Below, in pieces: positions 1 to 8,460 of a DNA stretch of 26,495 nt; position 1 is the stretch's first letter; the number at the start of each line of letters is the position of its first letter. The DNA is taken from NCBI GenBank assembly GCA_050173015.1, contig JBFXLE010000038.1, positions 1 through 26,495 on the forward strand. Direction: 5' to 3'. The notes under the pieces are model-generated. The model worked only from the letters and a program-made list of their open reading frames with translations, made no database searches and was not told the DNA's origin. Source of the stretch: Calditrichaceae bacterium. Its GTDB lineage: Bacteria; Calditrichota; Calditrichia; Calditrichales; JBFXGD01. The position numbers and the translations under genes are program-made.

Positions 1-112
1 GAACGGTCGCTTGATATAAATCCCATAAAAATCCTTAAAAGTATGACTCAGTTTATGGCAATAAATTTACGTAATATGAACTATCCCCTCAACAATAATC
101 TGCAACAGCCTG
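1..112 (-). mobile_element. Possible left end of an insertion sequence (IS1182/IS5-like), with the transposase start running off the window
   Basis: Minus strand reads CAGGCTGTTGCAGA at 112-99, resembling IS1182/IS5-type terminal IRs. An AAGGA RBS (36-32) precedes ATG at 26, giving MGFISSDR... Only 8 codons are visible. Confidence 0.35.
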
Positions 113-243
113 GCATAAGGGAGGGGAAGGGCATGATTTATCAGGCCCGGGGTGGGTTAAGAAGTAAGAAGTTTAAGAAAAAAGATAAAAGAAAAAAGAA
201 AAAAGAGTAAGAACTGGAGTATTCCCATGGCACCCCGAACTCC

Positions 244-534
244 GTTAACCACCGTGAACCGTCCATGTCATCCCGGAGGGATCTTCTGCTTGCTTGGGAA
301 GAGACGAAAAGTAGGAAGTTGGAAGTAGGAAGTAGGAATTTAAGAGCGTCAAGAGAAAAGAGTTAAGAGTTAAGTGTGGGAACGGACCGAATGCAGTTAA
401 CCGCGAAAAATTGATTCCCCAATCCCGAAGGGATGACATTTTTGTAGAAAAACGGACTCCGCGACATCCCGCGACCCCGTCGGGGTCGAACAATGACACC
501 GGGATTCCATGCTCTACAAAGCCGCGACACCTCC
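244..534. repeat. 291-bp composite repeat, copy 1 (AAGTAGG/GAGTTAA heptamer tracts plus REP-like hairpins)
   Basis: Aligns over its full length with 24858-25148. Contains the palindromes ATCCCGGAGGGAT, ATCCCGAAGGGAT and CGACCCCGTCGGGGTCG. Confidence 0.9.
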
Positions 535-539
535 CCATA

Positions 540-638
540 TCACCGCCCCTTTCTGTTCCGGTTAAAATTTCTTTTAATAATGATATAAAAGTCCAGAACA
601 ACTATGATGGCGTAGATTATTCTGACAAACGTTAACAT
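540..638 (-). CDS. Putative 32-aa single-TM peptide MLTFVRIIYAIIVVLDFYIIIKRNFNRNRKGR
   Basis: Hand-translated. Hydrophobic stretch followed by a basic tail; same MLTF start as the neighbouring peptide; weak RBS. Confidence 0.3.
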   Translation of the reverse strand: MLTFVRIIYAIIVVLDFYIIIKRNFNRNRKGR

Positions 639-695
639 AAGTCCATCCCTGAGATGGGTTAATAAATTCCCGTCGTATGAATAACGGCCAATAAA

Positions 696-803
696 TTATT
701 CCTTGTCATCATCCTTAGAATGCCGGCGGTAAGCGTCTTTCAGGGCAAAATACATAATGATCGGCGCGATAATGACATATATAGTGTAAAAGAATGTCAG
801 CAT
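696..803 (-). CDS. Putative 35-aa single-TM peptide MLTFFYTIYVIIAPIIMYFALKDAYRRHSKDDDKE
   Basis: Hand-translated. GGAG RBS 7 nt upstream of ATG; ~20-aa hydrophobic segment then a charged tail. Confidence 0.45.
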   Translation of the reverse strand: MLTFFYTIYVIIAPIIMYFALKDAYRRHSKDDDKE

Positions 804-924
804 GTAAGAACTCCGGTGAGAAGACAGCGGTCAGCCGCTCCGTTCTCAGTAACCACCCAAACGGTTTTTGCCAATCCGGTCAATGGAATCACCCATTGTC
901 CGTTCATTACCGTATGTGATTGTA

Positions 925-1473
925 TTATTTTGATTTATTCACCTGCAATGTGTTGACAATAACCAACGTTCCTGTAAGTACGGCTAACGCGTTCGCCCAT
1001 TTCGAGGAGCTGTAGGTGCCGACGCAGTTGTTCTTTATAGACTCAAATCCTTCCTCTTTCCCGACAACGACCTTCGCCTCTTTCCATGCGTCATTTTCAT
1101 CATCGATTTGGCTATTATTGAACGGGTTAATAGCTACCGTCCCCTTAAATCTATGAGAGGCTAATCCCCTCCTGGACCGTTTGACCGAGGAAGTAATATG
1201 ACCAATCTCATGCTCGATTAAAATTTTACAATGGCAGTTCCGGTAGCCAATCGTATATATCCCATCTTCAACCATCTCCACCCAGTAGCTATCGCTTTTC
1301 TTGATCTTTATTTTGATTCCGTATTTGGCCTCAACTTCCTTAATCCGGGCCCTTATCCTGTACTTCTTATCCAATTGTTTATCATCTACGCTTATGGAGT
1401 GAAAAATTTGCTTTCCCACCATAAACGCGGTAGCCATACCCGCCACCCCGGCCGCCAATTCTAAGCTTTTCAT
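925..1473 (-). CDS. Putative zinc metallopeptidase (HExxH, zincin-like) with hydrophobic termini
   Basis: HEIGH motif plus downstream DDENDAWKEA (ExxAW..A third-ligand pattern). Hydrophobic N- and C-terminal segments. Confidence 0.6.
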   Translation of the reverse strand: MKSLELAAGVAGMATAFMVGKQIFHSISVDDKQLDKKYRIRARIKEVEAKYGIKIKIKKSDSYWVEMVEDGIYTIGYRNCHCKILIEHEIGHITSSVKRSRRGLASHRFKGTVAINPFNNSQIDDENDAWKEAKVVVGKEEGFESIKNNCVGTYSSSKWANALAVLTGTLVIVNTLQVNKSK

Positions 1474-1513
1474 ACAAAATCTTCCTGTTTATATGTCTTG
1501 TCATTTATATAAT

Positions 1514-4181
1514 GTCTCAATCCCCTCCCGCCTGAGGCGGAGGGAAACGGCTATCAGCTCCCGGCTGTCGGCAATCGGCTTTCCGAGCTGAAATTTTATC
1601 CTATAACCCTGCAATCTTGATTCTAAAATCTCTCACAAAGACACAAAGCCTTAGCGATTCTTCCTGGCTGACGGCGGGAACACAGCTATTAGCTATCGGC
1701 TGTTAGCTATCGGCTTTTCGATCAGAAATTCTTCCCTAAAAATCGACATACTTCTAAACTGCTCATTGACCTTGCCGGGAAGAAGCTCAACATTTCCCGC
1801 TCTTTCTTTGCCGACGGCTGGCGCACGGCTATCAGCTCTCGGCTGTCGGCAATCGGCTTTCCGAGCTGAAATTTTATCCTATAACCCTGCAATCTTGATT
1901 CTAAAATCTCTCACAAAGACACAAAGCTTTAGCGATTCTTCCTGGCCGATGGCTGGCGCGCCCGGCTATCAGCTCTCGGCTGTCGGCTATTGGCTTTTCT
2001 AGCCGGAAAATCTTCCCTAAAAATCGAAAGACTTCTAAACTGCTCATTGGCCTGACCGGGAAAAAGCTCAACATTTCCCGCTCTTTCTTTGCCGACGGCT
2101 GGCGCACGGCTATCAGCTCTCGGCTGTCGGCAATCGGCTTTCCGAGCTGAAATTTTATCCTATAACCCTGCAATCTTGATTCTAAAATCTCTCACAAAGA
2201 CACAAAGCTTTAGCGATTCTTCCTGGCTGACGGCGGGAACACAGCTATTAGCTATCGGCTTTTCGATCGGAAATTCTTCCCTAAAAATCGACATACTTCT
2301 AAACTGCTCATTGACCTTGCCGGGAAGAAGCTCAACATTTCCCACTCTTTCTTGGCCGACGGCTGGCGCACGGCTATCAGCTCTCGGCTGTCGGCTATTG
2401 GCTTTCCGAGCTGAAATTTTATCCTATAACCCGGCAATATTGATTCTAAAATCTCTCACAAAGACACAAAGCCTTAGCGATTCTTCCTGGCCGACGGCCG
2501 ACAGCTGATAGCCGACAGCCGCTCCCGTCTCAATCCCCTCCCGCCTGAGGCGGGCGAGCTTCATAACGGGGGGAACACAGCTATTAGCTATCGGCTATTG
2601 GCCTTTCTAGCCGGAAAATCTATTCTAAATATAGATAACTTCTCTTTCAATTTTTCAGCAAAAAAACTCAAACCTTTCGGTTGCTTTTTTGGCCGACGGC
2701 CGACAGCTGATAGCCGACAGCCATCTGGCTATCAGCTCCCGGCTATTGGCTATCGGCTATTGGCTGTTTCGTAACAAAATCATCCTACAAATTTTATCTA
2801 CTGCTAAATGACTAAATCTGTGAAGATGAAAAGTTTGTTTTACGAACACATATTCAAAACGTATTTAACTATTTGATTTTAGTTTTTTATGAAGATTCAT
2901 CAGCATTTTCACAATTATATTGTACTGATCAATTAGGTTGTCATTATCATTTTTAGATATATAGCCAAGATCATACGCAAGTTTCAGTTGATAAGAAATT
3001 TCTCCACAAGATCCAATAGCAATATTTACAAAATACCGGAATTCTTTGCTTCCTTCTCTGGCACCTCCCTCCGCCAAATTCATTGGAATGGAAGAGCTAC
3101 TGCGTCGCATCTGTAAACTCAGACCATATCTCTCTTCATCCGGAAACTGTCTGGTAATTTTGTAAATTTCTAAAACTAAACCGTGGGATAGCTGGAAGAC
3201 ATCATATTCTGGGATCTTCCTTGACACAATAGTCTCCTTAATGAATTTAGATAATAATTTTCAGCAAGGTCTTTGTTTTGTGAATTGTCGTAAAGAACTA
3301 TTCTGGGATAGAAACAATTTTGCAGATTCAGTCCAGGCCGGCACCCGGCTATTAGCTCTCGGCTGTTGGCTATTGGCTTTTCTATCGGAAAATCTATTCT
3401 AAATATAGATAACTTCTCTTTCAATTTTTCAGCAAAAAAACTCAAACCTTTCGGTTGCTTTTTTGGCTGACGGCCGACAGCTGATAGCCGACAGCCGCTC
3501 CCGTCTCAATCCCCTCCCGCCTGAGGCGGGCGAGCTTCATAACGGGGGGAACACAGCTATTAGCTCTCGGCTGTTGGCTATTGGCTTTTCTATCGGAAAA
3601 TCTATTCTAAATATAGATAACTTCTCTTTCAATTTTTCAGCAAAAAAACTCAAATCTTTCGGTTGCTTTTTTGGCCGACGGCCGACAGCTGATAGCCGAC
3701 AGCGATCTGGCTCCCGGCTATTGGCTCTCCAAACTGAAATTTTATCCTATAACCCTGCAATCTTGATTCTAAAATCTCTCACAAAGACACAAAGCCTTAG
3801 CGATTCTTCCTGGCTGACGGCCGATAGCTGATAGCCGACAGCCGCTCCCGTCTCAATCCCCTATGAATAACGGGGGGAAACACAGCTGTTAGCTTTCGGC
3901 TGTTAGCTATTGGCTTTTCTATCGGAAATTCTTCCCTAAAAATCGACATACATCTAAACTGCTCATTGGCCTGGCCGGGAAAAAGCTCAACATTTCCCGC
4001 TCTTTCTTAGCCGACGGCTGGCGCACGGCTATCAGCTCTCGGCTGTCGGCTATTGGCTTTCCGAGCTGAAATTTTATCCTATAACCCGGCAATATTGATT
4101 CTAAAATCTCTCACAAAGACACAAAGCCTTAGCGATTCTTCCTGGCTGACGGCCGATAGCTGATAGCCGACAGCCGCTCCC
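1514..4181. repeat. Modular repeat field: ~90-bp cores A, B and C separated by heptamer-periodic arms (GGCTATCAGC...GCTGATAGCC), with embedded CRISPR-repeat derivatives
   Basis: Core A (..GAAATTTTATCCTATAACCC..CTCACAAAGACACAAAG..) at ~1580, 1858, 2138, 2403, 3725, 4057. Core B (..CTTCCCTAAAAATCGA..CTAAACTGCTCATTG..) at ~1715, 1995, 2260, 3915. Core C (..AAAATCTATTCTAAATATAGATAAC..) at ~2603, 3378, 3586. CRISPR-repeat derivatives at 1514, 2527, 3503, 3850. Confidence 0.9.
2865..3227 (-). CDS. Four helix bundle protein (23S rRNA-IVP / TIGR02436-like, Avd-like fold)
   Basis: Family signature YKITRQFPDEERYGLSLQMRRSSSSIPMNLAEG...F..IAIGSCGEISYQL.LAYDLGYI. GTG start with AAGGAG RBS. Confidence 0.92.
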   Translation of the reverse strand: MSRKIPEYDVFQLSHGLVLEIYKITRQFPDEERYGLSLQMRRSSSSIPMNLAEGGAREGSKEFRYFVNIAIGSCGEISYQLKLAYDLGYISKNDNDNLIDQYNIIVKMLMNLHKKLKSNS

Positions 4182-5735
4182 GTCTCAATCCCCTATGAAT
4201 AACGGGGGGTATTCTGACCAACACACATGGCTAAAAAAGGAGAAGGCCATGAGGTCTCAATCCCCTATGAATAACGGGGGGTATTCTGACTTCCGATATT
4301 TTGGAGAACCACTCATGCCGCCGACTGAGTCTCAATCCCCTATGAATAACGGGGGGTATTCTGACAGAATGGAGAGTTTGTGCGGAAAATATTGGTATCT
4401 GAATGAGTCTCAATCCCCTATGAATAACGGGGGGTATTCTGACTGACCTGGACGTACTTCTGGGGCGAGGTCGTTGAGCTTCGTCTCAATCCCCTATGAA
4501 TAACGGGGGGTATTCTGACTTATTTATAAAAACCACTGCCCTGTTGCTATGAGGGCTTCGTCTCAATCCCCTATGAATAACGGGGGGTATTCTGACTGAA
4601 AAGCGATATCACCCTCATTCAATTTTCAAACATATGTCTCAATCCCCTATGAATAACGGGGGGTATTCTGACTTCAGCTCCGTTGTTATTGGAAGTCGGT
4701 GACTTCCGTAGTCTCAATCCCCTATGAATAACGGGGGGTATTCTGACCATTGATTATCTGGATTCGCTCGATGAAATGGAATTGTTGTCTCAATCCCCTA
4801 TGAATAACGGGGGGTATTCTGACTCGCGGACTTCGTGAGAATGGAGGGGCTTATCGACCCAGTCTCAATCCCCTATGAATAACGGGGGGTATTCTGACAA
4901 AGAAATACTATCCGAATGTGTGCTACAGATGTGGCGCAGTCTCAATCCCCTATGAATAACGGGGGGTATTCTGACTTTGAGGCCCAGGTCCTTGGTTATA
5001 TCAGGACCGGGGAATGTCTCAATCCCCTATGAATAACGGGGGGTATTCTGACAGGAGGGAATATGAGCGGATTTGAAAAGCTAATTGATGATGTCTCAAT
5101 CCCCTATGAATAACGGGGGGTATTCTGACCACATACCCTGGAGCTGTGCCGAGATATGGTTTTAGAGTCTCAATCCCCTATGAATAACGGGGGGTATTCT
5201 GACCACTATCCGGAGTTACCACGGAATCTCCGTGGATGGGTATGTCTCAATCCCCTATGAATAACGGGGGGTATTCTGACCAGGGCAGAGTGTTAAATCT
5301 GCCCCCTGCATAGGCTGATAGTCTCAATCCCCTATGAATAACGGGGGGTATTCTGACGAAAACGCGCTATTGTGCGAGCAATTGGCGCCCATAAGTCTCA
5401 ATCCCCTATGAATAACGGGGGGTATTCTGACCCCGAGCCCTGCAGACGTCGTGGTAACACACGACAATATGTCTCAATCCCCTATGAATAACGGGGGGTA
5501 TTCTGACATATTCCGCGACATCAAAGAAGGCATGGCCGGCAGACCATGTCTCAATCCCCTATGAATAACGGGGGGTATTCTGACATCGGGATCCGCGGCA
5601 TTGTTCCCATTGATGTCGATAACGTCTCAATCCCCTATGAATAACGGGGGGTATTCTGACTGAAGTCATGAACTTTAGCGTAGCGGTCGACGACAGCTGT
5701 CTCAATCCCCTATGAATAACGGGGGGTATTCTGAC
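4182..5735 (-). CRISPR. CRISPR array: 21 identical 37-bp repeats and 20 spacers of 35-41 bp
   Basis: Plus-strand repeat GTCTCAATCCCCTATGAATAACGGGGGGTATTCTGAC starts at 4182, 4254, 4329, 4407, 4483, 4560, 4636, 4711, 4787, 4862, 4939, 5016, 5093, 5167, 5244, 5321, 5395, 5471, 5548, 5624, 5699. The reverse complement ends in ATTGAGAC (ATTGAAAC-type 8-nt handle) after a CCCC/GGGG stem, so transcription is inferred on the minus strand. Confidence 0.98.
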
Positions 5736-6000
5736 TCCTGCCTGTTTCAGCCCTTGCGCGCCAAGGCCTGAAAGGGCCTGTTTGACGAACCTGTTTTTTC
5801 GGGCGTCATTTTGGGAGTCTTTTTTCATAAAAAACGACCTAAGTGCTTGTTTTTTATAGCCGTCAAACCGTTTTTAGCTTAAACTGCTGTTTTTCATGCC
5901 TTTAACCAATTTTTCCCATTTTCCGGAAAATGGTCTGACAAAATTCGCGCCTCTGGTCTAATCTAAAAATATTTTTTTGTCATTTCAACTCAAATTATCG
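5736..6000 (-). promoter_or_regulatory. CRISPR leader
   Basis: Non-coding, with A/T tracts, abutting the repeat at 5735 on the side predicted from repeat polarity. The distal boundary is approximate. Confidence 0.7.
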
Positions 6001-6140
6001 TTAATTGCGCTTCTTCAGCATTTCATTATCCCGCTACAATGGTCAGCCTAATTTTACAAAATCGCGCCGTGGATTGAGATTAATTCAAGTGCTATGTGAT
6101 CATACTGTCTTTGATGATCATCAAAATATCTAAAAATAAA

Positions 6141-6569
6141 TCAATCGATAACATCTTTAAATTTCTTGTAGAGTTCACACTCCAAAAATTGATCATCGGG
6201 AGTCTTTTGGACGATTTCGATGTCTGACTGGTATTGATTAATCAATTTGTAGTAATCAAATTTAATTTCCTTTAACACAGAACGCTCGGTTGCAAACTCC
6301 TGATAAGAATCATGGGGACTGTCCAAATAATCAGCGTCTGTAAACATTGATAGCTGGAAATTTATCCTACTTTGATGATTCTGAATATTTCTGATGTTTT
6401 TATTAAAATAATAAATCAGCTTTTCTTTTTCATCAGACGGAGATTTCACCTTTTCCTTCACGGGCTGTATGACAGGAATATTCTGTTTTGGAGTCGGCTG
6501 CTCCTTCTCTCTGAAAATCAAATACAGAATGACAAAAAGTATGAATGTTTCCACGAATTTGCCTCCCAT
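6141..6569 (-). CDS. Hypothetical protein with N-terminal membrane anchor
   Basis: 142-aa ORF; hydrophobic FVETFILFVILYLIF, Pro/Lys linker, helical remainder. No family recognised. Confidence 0.6.
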   Translation of the reverse strand: MGGKFVETFILFVILYLIFREKEQPTPKQNIPVIQPVKEKVKSPSDEKEKLIYYFNKNIRNIQNHQSRINFQLSMFTDADYLDSPHDSYQEFATERSVLKEIKFDYYKLINQYQSDIEIVQKTPDDQFLECELYKKFKDVID

Positions 6570-6812
6570 TTATGAATGAAATGTTTAACATCAAATTCAT
6601 AATCTTTATGTTCTAAAGCTATTTTTCTCAGGTGAAAAAAATATCTTTCTATTTACTAAAGAGAGGAAATCAGGATGTTTTTGTAATTCTTTTTAGAAAT
6701 ATTCATAAAATGCCACAAGAATTTTACAGTTTCCGGCCGGGTAACCCGGCTGACATTTTTAGAATTAGATTTATCGACACCAAAAAGAAAACTATCCTAC
6801 ACTCACGATACG

Positions 6813-7019
6813 TTAATCTTCAGGTTCTATACTACCATTTTTATCTTTCCGTTTTCTGCTCGCACAAAGGGCGAATGCAGTGCCCCAACCGTATTTCTGA
6901 ACAATTTCGGTAGCGTTAAAAGCGGTGCTCACATATCCTTCCGGTACATCAAAATCTATTTTTTTCATTGCGTTTTTCACCATGGGATGTACCCATTTTT
7001 CCTTCTTACTTTTTTTCAT
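6813..7019 (-). CDS. Small basic hypothetical protein
   Basis: 68-aa ORF co-oriented with the operon, ATG start with a weak AGGT RBS. Confidence 0.45.
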   Translation of the reverse strand: MKKSKKEKWVHPMVKNAMKKIDFDVPEGYVSTAFNATEIVQKYGWGTAFALCASRKRKDKNGSIEPED

Positions 7020-7066
7020 AGTTACCTGTCCTGATTTTTAGTAAAAATATTTACAGCTACATAATA

Positions 7067-7352
7067 CAGCGATCTGGCTCCCGGCTAATGGCTATCGGCT
7101 TTCCGGACGAAAGTTTGATCTTATAACCCGTCAATTTTGATTCCTAAATCTCTCACAAAGACACAAAGCTATTGCGTTTTTTCTTTGCCGACGGCGGGAA
7201 CACAGCTATTAGCTATCAGCTGTTAGCTATCGGCTTTTCGATCGGAAATTCTTCCCTAAAAATCGACAGACTTCTAAACTGCTCATTGGCGTAACCGGGA
7301 AAAAACTCCACATTTTTGGCTCTTTCTTAGCCGACGGCCGATAGCTGACGAC
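7067..7352. repeat. Diverged A+B copy of the modular repeat, immediately downstream of the CARF-RelE stop codon
   Basis: Contains TCTCTCACAAAGACACAAAG (core A), CTTCCCTAAAAATCGAC..CTAAACTGCTCATTGG (core B) and the GCTATTAGCTATC arms. Confidence 0.88.
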
Positions 7353-7356
7353 TTTT

Positions 7357-8448
7357 TTACGGGCGCAAATGCAGATCCAGTTCATCAACCACAAAAACCG
7401 CCTCTTCAAAATGACCATAGATACGATCCGCGCATCCATCCGCCCAGGCGTCTATCTCATGTGTCGAACCCGACTTAAGCTCGGAACTTAACTGTTTAAA
7501 ATCGAATGATTTAAGATTGTATTTGCCGCCGGATTCAAGAAATCGCGCCAGCTGATCCATTCTTTCATTAACCAGAATCATCCTGTCCGGTTTGAGTCGT
7601 CCGGTTGAATTGATAAATTTCTGTGCATACCTGATCCCCGGTATCGGCGATTCATACAGCCGTTTGGCATACACCGCCTTGCGGGAATTATTCCACAAGA
7701 GCCATCCGTACGGTGATAATATGGTCTCTTTACCTATTTTAAGAACGAGAGTTTCCGGAAAGTTTTTGGGAATCGGCGCTTTGATCCCCATCGCTGTTTT
7801 TCTGAAGAATGGAAGATAGCTTTCCACAAGATTTTCAGCATCGATCGCTACCGGCAATTTTGGCAGTCTCAGAAGTTCATCACCCGATTCAAATACATAA
7901 ATGGCTTCGTCCGCGTAAAACATGGCCAGTGTCTGCATAAAACCAAGAACACTTTTAAAGCCGCCCGTGAGATTGAATACGATGTTGTATTGACTCTCCC
8001 TGTATCCGGGAATCGTCTCCTCACACCAGACGACCAGATCGGATAGAGCGGACTGGAAATACAACACATCATTGGTCTGCAGGTCAGGCTGTCTCTTCAC
8101 TTCCGCGATTTGACCGTGACTTCTTAGCCAGGCGGCCAGTATTTCACCCGTCATGTTGCCCAGCCAGGTATCGGTGGTCAGCAACAGATGATAATCCTTA
8201 TACGCGGAAAAATCACCTTTATAATACTTGTACAGCGCGTTTAATTCCGCCGATACCTTTTCCAAATCACTGATTTTTGTTTCATCCAGACGGCGTCTCG
8301 CTTTTTCGATCAATCCGGCCATTTGTCTTTCGGTTTCTTTGTCAGCATTTTTTATATTCGCGATGTCTCTGATTAATGCCTTTTCATGGTTATCTGCCGC
8401 GTTTGACAACAAACTGGTGCCGCATGTGGATAAAATATAGTTCTTCAT
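7357..8448 (-). CDS. cami1: APE2256-family CARF protein with C-terminal RelE-like domain (Cami1-like cOA-activated mRNA interferase)
   Basis: CARF motifs ILSTCGTSLL, SAELNAL, TDT..G, FNLTGGFKS, YVFE. The C-terminal ~90 aa (IRYAQKFINS...FDFKQL...THEIDAW...RIYGHFE...VVDELDLHL) fit a RelE pattern. Last gene of the type III operon. Confidence 0.75.
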   Translation of the reverse strand: MKNYILSTCGTSLLSNAADNHEKALIRDIANIKNADKETERQMAGLIEKARRRLDETKISDLEKVSAELNALYKYYKGDFSAYKDYHLLLTTDTWLGNMTGEILAAWLRSHGQIAEVKRQPDLQTNDVLYFQSALSDLVVWCEETIPGYRESQYNIVFNLTGGFKSVLGFMQTLAMFYADEAIYVFESGDELLRLPKLPVAIDAENLVESYLPFFRKTAMGIKAPIPKNFPETLVLKIGKETILSPYGWLLWNNSRKAVYAKRLYESPIPGIRYAQKFINSTGRLKPDRMILVNERMDQLARFLESGGKYNLKSFDFKQLSSELKSGSTHEIDAWADGCADRIYGHFEEAVFVVDELDLHLRP

Positions 8449-8460
8449 ACACCTTCCTTT

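Noticed and set aside
245-635. ORFs 245-601 and 411-635 (and 24859-25113, 25327-25521, 25493-25687)
   Set aside because: They lie in the heptamer/REP-like composite repeat; low-complexity LLT/SYF translations.
2865-3227. Diversity-generating retroelement or 23S rRNA intervening sequence
   Set aside because: Avd-like fold only; no reverse transcriptase, no TR/VR pair with adenine-specific differences and no rRNA sequence in the window.
1766-3831. ORFs 1766-2002, 1901-2173, 2089-2508, 2160-2345, 2252-2437, 3176-3445, 3463-3831 (also 7227-7439, 25854-26213, 26080-26316)
   Set aside because: Translations of the non-coding modular repeat on both strands; frames and stops differ between copies.
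4195-5828. ORFs 4195-4446, 4231-4413 and 5559-5828
   Set aside because: Read-through of CRISPR repeats (SQSPMNNGGYSD / VRIPPVIHRGLR recur).
6071-6079. GGATTGAGA matching the repeat 3' end in inverted orientation
   Set aside because: Only 9 nt with no flanking similarity, so chance is likely; no evidence for an anti-repeat or tracrRNA.
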